A DNA stretch of 27,605 nucleotides from Macrostomum lignano (lineage: Eukaryota), in assembly GCA_002269645.1 (NCBI GenBank), contig NIVC01002763.1, positions 1 through 27,605 of the forward strand, in the 5' to 3' direction. Shown here in pieces: positions 1-12,500 of this stretch. The notes below the pieces were generated by a model. That model did not search any database. It saw nothing but the letters and a program-made list of their open reading frames with translations, and had not been told where the DNA came from. A program made the translations under genes and the position numbers. Positions within the stretch are counted from its first letter, which is position 1. Each line of letters opens with the position of its first letter.

Positions 1-2954
1 CTTTTGTGTAGACTCTGAAATAGATGGAAATGGAATAGAATGATGGTCTTAACTTGACCTTCACTCTAGATAACCTTTCTGATATATTTAATTCAATTCA
101 ATTCTAGCAGTCATCTATGTTTGGAACTTGGAGTGGAGTGGAATGGAACTTGAAATTTGAAGTGACTATCTAGAGTTCACATTATGTCATCTGGACCCAC
201 TTTGACATAGTTTGTTTGGAGGGTGCATCTTTGCCAAATATTTTGTTGCATTTTACAAAAGATGTCAGCCTAGTTCTTTTGTTGTTTCCATAGTAACCAA
301 GTGATAGTACATTTTAAAAATTAACTTTTCTCCATGGTGGCTTAAGAGGGTGGTATGAAAGATATAGGATTTTCTATCTTATATTAAAGCTAGAAAGATT
401 TTTCATAGACATAACTGTCATGAGCCCTAGAGCCCTAGACTAAAATATCCAACTCAAATAAAGAAATAGGAAAGAAAAGTGTTGTCAGCAGATTTATGAC
501 ACAACCCTTGTACATGGTAAAAATGGAGCTTTACCCTCAATTAGGTACTTGTAATTAAAGTATTGTAAGGTTTATAGTATAGAATCTATAATATTTTAAC
601 AAATTAGCTTGTGGAACACTGCCTTTACTAAATTATACAGTGCATATAGTATACAAAATTAAAGTTCAGTTTTCATTCCATGTACAGGTAGGTAGGTCTG
701 AATATCATGACTGTCTGCGATAGGTAGAAAAATATATAAAAGTGTCAGTATCATAGTGATCTTTATATAAAATTCAGTTTAGTCATGAATTGTTAATCAC
801 TTTCATATTTTTATGAGCCAATCTTTATCTTGACACACAAAAAATATATAAGCCCATAAAAGTAAGACAATAATTAGGATTCAAAGGTGAAGATGAAGAT
901 CCAAAAGATCTGCCAATCATCTCTATTTTTGTATCTTTTTGGTAACTGTTCTAGCAGTTGCATTCATCTTTTGAATTTTGAATTTATTCTTTTCTGCCAA
1001 AAATAAACAAACATCAGTATATAAAGGATTAATGTTTTTAACCAAATGATAAGGAATTATTCTTTGTACTATTTATATTTTGTGCATAAGTCTTCTTTAC
1101 TGTAATCATTCAAGAGCTTGATCATGTAATAAAAATATTTGTGCTAGTATGTTCTGATTGTTTGCTCTCAACAAAATTGCCAAAAAGTGTGAAATGTGGG
1201 TAAATGTATTCTGAAATGTAGCACAAATGGATACTTTTGCTTGGGTCAATATTTTTTTGTTAAATGAATAAATTTGAGCAACCATTTTTTGTTTAAAAAC
1301 CTAGATTTTTAGCTTTCACACTGAACAAAAATGTCTAAAACCAGCCAAATAGCTGCTAATTTTTGACCTATCTGTAATATTTTGGTCTCAAGTTTAAGAA
1401 TTTATCATTGCACATATCTCCTTTGCACTGTCATGTTACAAAGTAATATCTACCATTCTAGCAACTGTATTTTATATTCCTGGGTTTTAAAATCACCCTA
1501 CCATTTAAGCCTAGACTACAAGGGCATTGAAAAGCAATGGCATATGCTTAACTAAGGTTGCTTTATAGAAACTGTTATGCTTTAGATATGGCATAGCCAA
1601 TATTAAAAATTTGGTAGCAAGCATAGTTGCTAAGGACCCTGTAGTGGGTAATTCTATAAGTAGCAGACATCTTCACAGAAAAATATCTCTAGATTATACT
1701 TGAATTAAGAGAGCTATTAAAATAGTTTTATAAGAAATATCTATACATAAAAAGTTTAATTATGATTCTAGATTGGTTTTTAATTGCCAAATAAAGGTTT
1801 TATAATGTTTTGCTAAAATTTGCTCACAATATAAGCAAAATTGGATGACTTTGACTAACTATTACTACTTATTACTTTTAGCATTTATCCTGAAACTTCA
1901 ACAATGGAACAATAAAGATCTTTCTATCAAATTTATTAAATATAAAATTATGCTAAAAAAACTAAAATTTCTAATTTTAATTATTGAAAAATTAGGAAAA
2001 TATCTATTACAACTGGAATGTTATAACTTGAATATTAAAAAATAAAATCTTAGTAAACATAGACTATCTACCTCCGAAAAATGACAATCTGCCTCTTTGA
2101 AACAAGTAATTAATTAAATATTTTAAATCTACAATGTTTTAAATTAATATACTTTATATATTTAATAATATAAAAGCAAAACTTTTGAAAATGTGTATCT
2201 ACTACTTTTCTATGGTTACAATGGGATCTTAATTAATCAAGCTATAGTTAATTTATATAGGAGCAAAATATTCCCATTTTCTAAATAAACTTTGATTTGC
2301 AGGGATAGATTTAGGAGGGGTGGCTACCTACATGTGATTACAAATTAGGTTAGCAAAATCATACTAAGCTCTTCAATGCACTTGTAAAACAAATGATATT
2401 GTGTATACTTTGAATAGTTGGTAAAAATTGTTTTCAAAATGCAAAGAGATACAAGCTTATATATAAAAAGGATGCATAATATAGTATAGTTTAGTACCAA
2501 GATGCACTTTTGAAATTATATAATATTTTTTAATAGCCTTTTGGTTATAGAATGTTTTAAATTGATTTATTAAACTAGTAATTGACTTGCTAGAAAGCAT
2601 ATATAATGACATTGCATAAAATATTTTGCTAAATAGAAGAAATATTATTTGTCAAATTTAATGGAATCCAATTTCTGCTTGTCACTAATTATTACAGTAT
2701 ATCTTGCAAACAGTTTTTTGTGTATTTTTTTTAGTATATAGATATATGTATCCAAAATTACAACTTAGGTTTTTCAACTTACCCAAAAATACAAAAACAG
2801 ACATTTCTCAATTTTTGTCAAAAAAGCTTTTATAAATCATTAAAAGAATATTAATTTTGTGATTTAACCTTGGTCTGCCACCTGAATTTAGTTGTTGTTT
2901 TGTTATAATTATACAACTTATTTGTATAATGACTGTTAGCTATCAAACAACAAT

Positions 2955-2974
2955 TTAATTCCACTTTTTTGCAG
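2955..2974 (+). promoter_or_regulatory. 3' splice acceptor in the 5' UTR (cis intron or spliced-leader trans-splice site)
   Basis: ttaattccacttttttgcag| lies 53 nt upstream of the ATG, after about 3 kb of AT-rich sequence. Confidence 0.45.
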
Positions 2975-3027
2975 CCTTATTAAATTTGTTATAATAAAAA
3001 GTGTGAACTCTTGAATCATTGTTAATC

Positions 3028-3508
3028 ATGCCAGAAGTTGTGGTTCAACCACAAAAGCAGCAACAGCAGCAGCAGTACTGCTACTCAACTGAGCAGTACT
3101 TTCGACTGCCAGATAAATCATTGACCGCCAATCGGATAGTGATGCGCAATGAGCACTGCCTTGTTGCCTTCACTTCCGCTGGCTGTCTTCTGCGATTCGA
3201 ACGAAATCCAACGGTGGCTGATCAGAAACAGCCCAGCTGGAAGGAGGTGCTTCGACTGCCATTGATGAATTTTGATGCCTGTCTGTTGGCTGATTCTCAG
3301 GCTGCCGATGAGCGTCTGGTGGTGTGGCTCGCTGGGACACTGCGGGTCTACAATATTGACAGTCTGGAGTGCGGCAGCTTCAGCAGCGTCTGCGGATTGC
3401 CTGCTGGGGTTGCCGACGCTGCCTCTGGAGCTCGGGTGGCAAAGATATTGCAGATCTCTGCCGACGAAATGCTGCTAATGACTCGCTTGGCAACTGATGC
3501 AGTCTATG
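3028..3508 (+). CDS. kntc1: Rod/KNTC1 exon 1 (N-terminal propeller region, short polyQ)
   Basis: ATG at 3028 follows an in-frame TGA at 3004; ORF 3019..3558; donor TATG|gtgagg at 3509 (phase 1). Confidence 0.75.
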
Positions 3509-6500
3509 GTGAGGGCTGTGTGTGCATCATTACTTGGCTGGGCTGTCATCCTCCCTGATCCTCAGTAGCTGGGCCAGCCTCCCAAATCCTCAGTTGCTGG
3601 GCCAGCCTCCCAGATCCTCAGTTGCTGGGCCAGCCTCCCAGATCCCCAGTTGCTGGACCAGCCTCCCAGATCCCAGTTGCCGAGCCAGCCTCCCAGAACC
3701 CAACAGGTTGCTGGGCTGTTAGACTCAGAATTTGCAGTCACCAGTTCTCAATGCACTCTCAAGCAGCTCTCATTTGCCCCCTCTCTCTTTCTCCTCGCAT
3801 GGCAGACTGCTCGCTTCATCCGGTGTGCATCAGCCACCTCCGCCTGCCGCCGGAGTCCGCCTGGCCGGACAAGCCGCCGCTGATGGCCGCCACCCTGGCC
3901 TGTGTGGGCCTGCCGGTTCCTCCGAGCGACTGCTTCGACTGCAATACGACAGCCGTCAGGCCTGCCTGCACTGCCTGACGCCTGACGGTCGAGTTCTCAC
4001 CATCGACTGTCTGTCCGGTTGGCTAGTTGACTCTCTGGCAGTGCCTCGGGACACCACCGATCTGCTGCTAGTTCGCAGTCACGCAGAATCGTCAATATTA
4101 GCTCTGGCTAGTCCCAACAGCGTCACCCTAGTGGAATATCCATCCTGTAGACGTTTGCACCGATTGAGCTTGCCTAGTAAACTTGCCGATGCTCGCCTAC
4201 TGGCCTGTCGGTCAACTACTGTTAGTAGAATAATCCAACAGCCGGAATTATTTGTTTGGGGCGGCAACAGTTTAGTGTATCGGCTGCGAGAAACTTCGCC
4301 AGGTCAGCAGTATCAGAGATTGCTCGACTCGCTACAGTTTGATGAAGCTGAGCTGTGCGCTAAACGGTACGGACTGCCTATGGACCGGTTGTACTATGCC
4401 AAGTGCAGGCATCTGCTAGATTCAGACTCTTCTAGTGCGTCTTCTTCGACACCCGTGTCGGAGGAGTCCCTGGCTGAGCTGGTCAGCTGTTTGGATAAGC
4501 TGGCATTCTCTACTGATGTTGAATATTTGCTGTTGTTAAGCAGCTGTCTGAAAGGTGAGGGCTTGCTTTTTTATGAAATCTGACGTCATACTTTTTGTTG
4601 CCAGGCCTTTGTGATGGTTTTTTATTTTAATCCTTCAGTGTATTGTTTAACCCGAGTCCTTCACACATCCTTCAGTGGCCTGAGCTGCCACCCCTCCGAT
4701 CCTTCAGTGGCCTGAGCTGCCACCCCTCCGATCCTTCAGTGGCCTGAGCTGCCACCCCTCTGATCCTTCAGTGGCCTGAGCTGCCACCCCTCTGATCCTT
4801 CAGTGGCCTGAGCTGCCACCCCTCTGATCCTTCAGTGGCCTGAGCTGCCACCCCTCTGATCCTTCAGTGGCCTGAGCTGCCACCCCTCTGATCCTTCAGT
4901 GGCCTGAGCTGCCACCCCTCTGATCCTTCAGTGGCCTGAGCTGCCACCCCTCTGATCCTTCAGTGGCCTGAGCTGCCACCCCTCTGATCCTTCAGTGGCC
5001 TGAGCTGCCACCCCTCTGATCCTTCAATGGTCCTCAATAAAATCTACAAACAGCGCTAATTTACCTTTCTTCACCCCACTAACTCTCCCACAGCCGCCTG
5101 TAACGGGTCCAGTCCCGGCCTGCTCGAGCAGCTCCTAACAACGGTGTCGAATCAGCTGTGCCGCTATTTCTACGACCCATCTGTAGCGGTTGGCACCGAA
5201 GCAGCCGATCAGTCCATCCTAGCCCGCTGGTGCGAGACCAGCGATTTAGCCGCCGCAACATTGCAACGCCTACGCGTTTGCCTACAATTGATCGAGCCGG
5301 AACAATTCAGTTTAGAAATGTGGCAATGGTTTCAAACTGTTAATATTTGTTCGTATTTTTGCGACTCTGTACTGCGCAATAATCAAGAGGAATCGGCTGT
5401 ACTGTTTGCTAATTATAAGCAGACCATCTGCAGACAATTGGCAGATAGCGGAGAATATCTACAGCTGGTGCTGGACAATCTGCGCTGCTGTCAACCGGAT
5501 GGATTGCTGTCACAGCCTTGGTGCGTCTGGCTGGCTGAGGAGTTCCTGCCGGCTATGGCCGCCTCGCCTGAGTCTGCGAGGTTTGCTCCCATAGTAAGTT
5601 GATCGAGTTATGACAGCTTGCTGTTACCGGCTTGGGAGCTAGAATAGATAGAGTGGATTGGAGTGTTAGATGGAAAGAATTGGAGTGCTAGATAGATAGG
5701 ATTGGAGTGCTAGATTGAGTGGATTGGAGTGCTAGATAGAAAGGATTTGAGTGCTAAATAGAGAGGATTAGACTTCTAGATAGGGAGAATCAGCAGTGCT
5801 AGATAAAGAGAATCAGGAGTGCTAGATAGTGAGAATCGGGAGTGCTCGATAGGGAGGATCAGGAGTGCTAGACATGGAGGATCAGGAGTGCTAGATAGTG
5901 AGAATAAGGAGTGCTAGATAGTGAGAATCGGGAGTGCTCGATAGGGAGGATCAGGAGTGCTAGACATGGAGGATCAGGAGTGCTAGATAGTGAGAATAAG
6001 GAGTGCTAGATAGTGAGAATCAGGAGTGCTAGATAGGAAGGATCAAGAGTGCTAGACATGGAGAATCAGGAGTGCTAAATATGGAGGATCAAGAGTGCAA
6101 GACATGGAGAATCAGGAGTGCTAAATATGGAGGATCAAGAGTGCTAGACATGGAGAATCAGGAGTGCTAGATATGGAGGATCAGGAGTGCTAAATAGTGA
6201 GAATCAGGAGTGCTAAATATGGAGGATCAGGAGTGCTAGAAATGGAGGATCAGGAGCGCTAGATAAGGAGGATCAGGAGCGCTAGATAAGGAGGATCAGG
6301 AGTGCTAGATATGGAGGATCAGGAGCGCTAGATAAGGAGGATCAGGAGTGCTAGATATGGAGGATCAGGAGTGCTAGATAGGGAGGAACAGGAGTGCTAG
6401 ACATGGAGAATCAGCAGCGCTAGATAAGGAGGATCAGGAGTGCTAGATATGGAGGATCAGGAGTGCTAGATAGGGAGGAACAGGAGTGCTAGACATGGAG

Positions 6501-9500
6501 GATCAGGAGTGCTAGATAGGGAGGAACAGGAGTGCTAGACATGGAGGATCAGGAGTGCTAGATAGGGAGGAACAGGAGTGCTAGACATGGAGGATCAGGA
6601 GTGCTAGATAGGGAGGAACAGGAGTGCTAGACATGGAGGATCAGGAGTGCTAGATAGAGAGAATTAGGAATGCACCTGTACATTCGCTACTCTAATCTCA
6701 CAGATCGCTGATTGGCTAGAGGACTGCATAGACGGCCTGATCCGATTGGACGACTCCGCGGCCACCAAAGCGGACGCCTGCCGCCAGTTCTTAGCCAATC
6801 TGCTGCGCTGCGTTGGCCAACCAACTGAAGAAGCCGGGGACTCGTTTAGCCGCCCCCTGAGCCAGTTAGCTAGGGCTTTAGACGAGCTGGTGTGCCTGTG
6901 CTCCAGGTATAAACTGCGTCTGAGCGTTCGCCTCTACCGGCGTATGGATAAAGGGGATTTGGCCAAGCATATCCTGGATTACATTCTGCTTAGTCAGGAT
7001 GCCGGCCTGTTTGGCCTGTTTGGAGCTTATTTGCAGGTGAGCCTCGCTGAAATGACCCCTGGTTCGATTCCGTGCGCAGCCACAATTTTCATTTTGGGGT
7101 TTTGCTCGTGCTCAGGAGCGCAAGTATCTGTACTATAAAAATACGAATTTCCTCCCGCAGGAGTGCGGCCTTAATAGCGACCAATTCTATTGCGACTATT
7201 GTTCAGCCAGGCTGCAGGCAGCCAGTGCTGCAACAGACGCGGCTATGCATATGATTGGCTCCAATAATGATGCAGCCAATCATCTGCATGGCAGCGACAG
7301 CCACGGCAGCGGTGTGAGTCCTCAGGATGCTGAGAGGACCGCTGTCACCGTACTCGGTCGAATAGTTAACGAAGACGCCAGGATGCGTTGTACTATTATG
7401 CTAGCCGAGCAGGCGACTGTGCCGTGGTCAGAGGAGGTGCAAGCAGTTGTTGAGCAGCATCTGGCTTTGAGGCATCGGCCTGATCGGGTAGTGCTGCAGC
7501 GGGCTGTAACGGCGGCTAAGACTCAGGCGCTGTTTAAACGGTAAGGCTGACTGGGGGTCTAGAGGTAGAGAAATGGGGTGTTGGCTGGGGTTAGCGGCTC
7601 ATTGGGAGTGGTCTGTAGGGAGAGAAATGGGGTGGTGGCTGGGGTTAGCGGTTCACTGTGGGTCTGGAGGGAGAGAAATGGGGTGGTGGCTGGGGTTAGT
7701 GGCTCATTGGGGGTGGTCTGTAGGGAGAGAAATGGGGTGGTGGCTGGGGTTAGTGGCTCATTGGGGGTGGTCTGTAGGGAGAGAAATGGGTGTCTCATTA
7801 GGGGTCTGGGGGGAGAGAAATGGGTGTTGGCTGGGGTTAGAGGCTCACTGTGGGTCTGGAGGGAGAGAAATGGGGTGGTGGCTGGGGTTAGTGGCTCATT
7901 GGGAGTGGTCTGTAGGGAGAGAAATGGGGTGGTGGCTGGGGTTAGCGGTTCACTGTGGGTCTGTAGGGAGAGAAATGGGGTGGTGGCTGGGGTTAGTGGC
8001 TCATTGGGGGTGGTCTGTAGGGAGAGAAATGGGGTGGTGGCTGGGGTTAGTGGCTCATTGGGAGTGGTCTGTAGGGAGAGAAATGGGGTGGTGGCTGGGG
8101 TTAGCGGTTCACTGTGGGTCTGTAGGGAGAGAAATGGGGTGGTGGCTGGGGTTAGTGGGTCATTGGGGGTGGTCTGTAGGGAGAGAAATGGGGTGGTGGC
8201 TGGGTTTAGTGGCTCATTGGGGGTGGTCTGTAGGGAGAGAAATGGGGTGGTGGCTGGGGTTAGCGGTTCACTGTGGGTCTGTAGGGAGAGAAATGGGGTG
8301 GTGGCTGGGGTTAGTGGCTCATTGGGGGTGGTCTGTAGGGAGAGAAATGGGGTGGTGGCTGGGGTTAGCGGTTCACTGTGGGTCTGTAGGGAGAGAAATG
8401 GGGTGGTGGCTGGGGTTAGTGGCTCATTGGGGGTGGTCTGTAGGGAGAGAAATGGGGTGGTGGCTGGGTTTAGTGGCTCATTGGGGGTGGTCTGTAGGGA
8501 GAGAAATGGGGTGGTGGCTGGGGTTAGCGGTTCACTGTGGGTCTGTAGGGAGAGAAATGGGGTGGTGGCTGGGGTTAGTGGCTCATTGGGGGTGGTCTGT
8601 AGGGAGAGAAATGGGGTGGTGGCTGGGTTTAGTGGCTCATTGGGGGTGGTCTGTAGGGAGAGAAATGGGGTTGTGGCTGGGGTTAGTGGCTCATTGGGAG
8701 TGGTCTGTAGGGAGAGAAATGGGGTGGTGGCTGGGGTTAGTGGCTCATCATACATGCGCAACCTCCAAATTTCGGTCGGCCATGCGACTTAGTTTTAACA
8801 AAAATGCGACTTAGTTTTTGGCCAAAAATGCGACTTACATGTAAAAAAACCCGAAAGCAAAATTAACGCAACTTTGGGTAAACGGCAGGAGTAACTATGA
8901 CTGTCTTATAAAGCCAAAATGCCTCGTCAGCTACTTAGTACTACTACTCTGTGTTTTTTCGGGTTGGCATTTTTGCGACTTCCTTGGTTGGCCGCCAAAT
9001 CGGTCGGCCGGATCGGCCGACTCGGCCGACTGTTGCGCATGTATGTGGCTCATTGGGGGTGGTCTGTAGGGAGAGAAATGGGGTGGTGGCTGGGGTTAGC
9101 GGTTCACTGTGGGTCTGTAGGGAGAGAAATGGGTGTTGGCTGGCGTTAGAGGCTCACTGTGGGTCTGGAGGGAGAGAAATGGGGTGTTGGCTGGGGTTAG
9201 AGGCTCACTGTGGGTCTGTAGGGAGAGAAATGGGTGTTGGCTGGCGTTAGAGGCTCACTGTGGGTCTTGAGGGAGAGAAATGGGGTGTTGGCTGGGGTTA
9301 GAGGCTCACTGTGGGTCTGGAGGGAGAGAAATGGGGTGGTGGCTGGGGTTAGTGGCTCATTAAGGGTCTGTTGGGAGAGAAATAGTGTGGTGGCTGGGGT
9401 TAGCAGCTCAGCGGTTTAGTAGGCCCAGGGGTCTGGGGAGTGAGGTGGCGTTAGCTGCTCACTAAATGGCCTCGAGAAACAAGAGACTCGTGTAATTGCT

Positions 9501-12500
9501 TACTGAAAAAAGGGTATAAATGAATGTATAGTGACAGGCCCAAGCCACAAATAAAAATAGAAAAGAGAATTTCTTATCTGTTTTGTATTATCAATTTGTT
9601 CGACTGCTTTTCAACAGTGAGACACCCACCATTTAAAACCCCTAAAACATTTAACAGCTACAATATCAGGCAGCACGACGCCAGCCAGCAGGACGCCCAA
9701 GCTAGGGCAGCTTTAAAAGGCCTATTCTCACAGCTGGCCAGCGGCCGAGTTACTCCGGCCACTGTCCGAGCCGATCTGCTACTATTAACGGACACGTTTG
9801 GATTTACAGTCTCGGATTTAATGACCGTGGCCGTTGATTGCGCTTTGAAAGAGGGTAGTTCCGTTAAGTGAGTAGTTGTGTTTGTCTGTTTTAATTAGTA
9901 TGATTACGTAATTAACGTAAGGGAAAAATTATAGAACAAGGCATTCGGAGTATTTAATTACAGGTTTATAGTTACTCTCGTCGCTAACCTGAGCAGCCCT
10001 TTAATCTTTTGTGTCTTTAGCTCGTATAATTAGAACTAAAGAAATTGTAGAGCTGGTACCGCTAGATGTAAAATAGTTCTAATTAGATGACGAGGCGCTT
10101 AGTTATAATTGCTCTTACTGTTTACCCTTGCGGTGTGCTGTGAGGCATTGAAAGCGAATATCGCATTTCAATAATCGGTCGGTTTGGGTGCCCAGCCCAA
10201 GCGCTATACCGTAGTACCAACAGTTGTTGTGACGTTCTGCTTATTCTATATTAATACTGACAGGCGTTATGACGCTCTGGCAAGAAGGAACTCTAGCCCT
10301 GCCTAGCAAGCTTCCCGGAAATAAAAGATTAACTCAAAGCAGGCAAACTCAAAGTGGCCGAGTAACGGACGCTTCTTATATTTAAATACTCAAGTTGAAC
10401 TCAATCACAGAACTCAAATCGGTGATGGTTGGCTAATAGGTCCTGACTGTCGACTAATACTAATAGTCGACGTCTGGTGTCTGCTCTTCTCTGACCCGTT
10501 CTCTGGGTTTTACTTAATCTAAATCTACAAATCGCTATGACCGATGTCTGTTTGACAAACAAAAAGGGCGAGATGCGAGAGAAAAAGGGCGCACAACAAT
10601 AAATAGCAAACTCAGGCCTGGGGCAGGGGGATAGACTGCCCGATCGGCTAAGCCGACGAGAACAGAACACGCACTGGCCAGCCAATCAAACCCCGCCTGG
10701 GGGAGAGGGTGCAGCACGCACAAAGCCCCGCGGCCAGCCAAACCTTGACCTGGCTCACGTCAACTCCAAGCTAGCACAAAAGTGCATCGCGCCGTGCCAA
10801 AAAGACAAAGGCAAGTGCACTACAATTTCATAGTGCACGTTGTAGATGATTCGTCGGTCTTGTCCCAGCTGACCAGGACTTTGCCACTAACCAAGTAATC
10901 AAGTTTCCTCTTTACTGTGTTAACAGTACCCTGTTCCTCGGCTTTCCTTTTCGGAACGACGTTGCCGTTTACCAGGTCGTAGAAAATTGTCAGCACCGAT
11001 CAGAAGGGAGACTGGCTTATTGGCATCGCGGAGATCAAACGGATTGGCAAGATTAAAAGGGTGAATTTCTGAATGTGCGTCCAACATCACTGATGTTTGA
11101 GGTTTGCAGATCCAAGAAGTCGTGTAGCCTTTCAAAGAAACATAATTTCCGTCCTGGGAACCCGTTCTCAGAATGTGGCATCATACGATGTTCGATGTAG
11201 ATTCGCTGCATCTTGTTCCAAAAGTGTTGCCACGCAGCACTTTACTTGCCTGTGTTGTAAAGCTCAACTGGCTGCTCATGTCCCGTCTGATGTAGGTTTT
11301 ATTAATGGCGGTATCTAATAACTCGTAGATCAACACTCCCCAGTCAAAACGATGCCGTTGCCTTGACGTCGTTAACACATCGAAAATAACGTCGCCAAAT
11401 AAGCCATTTTGTCGCACGCGGTGACGTTGCTATAACGACCCCAGGCAACGTTAGAATTTCACGTTACTGATGACCAAACGGCGACCATTCATTACAGATT
11501 GCATATACTAAGCACAGATGCTTAGCACTTTCAATATACCGAGAATCTCAAAACTATAATTCAATAAGTTTGTTCTAAGATAGGGAATAAAAATAAACTA
11601 AGTTTAAAACGTTATTTTGCTCTGGTTTTACAGAATATCTTAATAAATTACACTTTCTGACATAAATATTGTGAATTTACGAATGCATTTTAAAGAGCGC
11701 AGATATTTTACTGGCTGTGAAAAAAGTACAAGAAAAAACAAACTCGTCCCACATTTTGATATTGATGAAGAAGATCTGGTTTTTGGAGTCATTATCGTTG
11801 CACTGTTACAGGTACAGTTTGAAGAAGCAGGGGCTTTCTGATGTCCGGGCGGAGCGCTTCAAAAGCGCATGACTTCATAAGACCTAAATCTATGTCTAAA
11901 ACCGTAAAATACAGTCGCCTAAATTTCACATCGCATTTCATTTTACATAGATAGATAGATTCCAGGTATGGAAATGTTACCGCAACCTGCAACTATCGAA
12001 AAGGTCTAAAACATTATTCTAAATTAGTATTAAAGCTAACATTATGCGTTTAAAATATATACACTATAGCTGCAAGTATAAAACAAATCAGTGACGATAC
12101 AAGAGGCTTTATTTGCACTTCATCATGTAACTTCGCTCTAGAAATTTGATTTTCACTATCAATCACTCAGTTCTAAAATACTTTTATTTAAATTAAAAAT
12201 AAGACATTTAAGCAACAGAATAACAGAACCGTCTGTTCTCTCACGCATACTTCAGTCTCCACGTAGTAAAAACGAAAGGAATTTAATAGTTTTTTGGACC
12301 CTCGCAACTATCTCTGGATTCGGTCAATCACTAAATTAGCTGAGAGTTATAAGAAAACGTTAAATAATAATTTTGTCAGTCTGTCTAAGCAGATAAATAG
12401 GCTGGTTGACCAAAGCAGGCTGCCTCCCGATTAGTGAAGGCAGGAAACTGAAAGCCAAACTTGACAGGCCGCCTTACTTTGGCCTGTACGCAAAAGCTCG

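Larger units (their letters stand above)
7570..9430. repeat. 54/51-bp G-rich minisatellite (intron 5), interrupted by a MITE
   Basis: Unit gggggtggtctgtagggagagaaatggggtggtggctggggttagtggctcatt and a 51-bp variant. Both lengths are multiples of 3, which explains the long spurious ORFs. Confidence 0.97.

Noticed and set aside
1845-2045. 66-aa ORF in the AT-rich upstream region
   Set aside because: Low-complexity Leu/Lys/Ile composition typical of chance ORFs; no supporting splice or motif evidence.
7559-8814. Three ~400-aa ORFs (mucin-like TTP repeats, Trp/Gly repeats)
   Set aside because: Artefacts of 54/51-bp repeat units (multiples of 3) inside a phase-consistent intron; open on both strands.
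8876-8939. Functional 28S rRNA gene
   Set aside because: Only 64 nt, diverged, with no rDNA flanks; treated as MITE cargo.
11800-12450. Expected GIY-YIG endonuclease of the Penelope element
   Set aside because: No recognisable GIY/YIG or cysteine motifs in the parts I translated; too decayed or absent.
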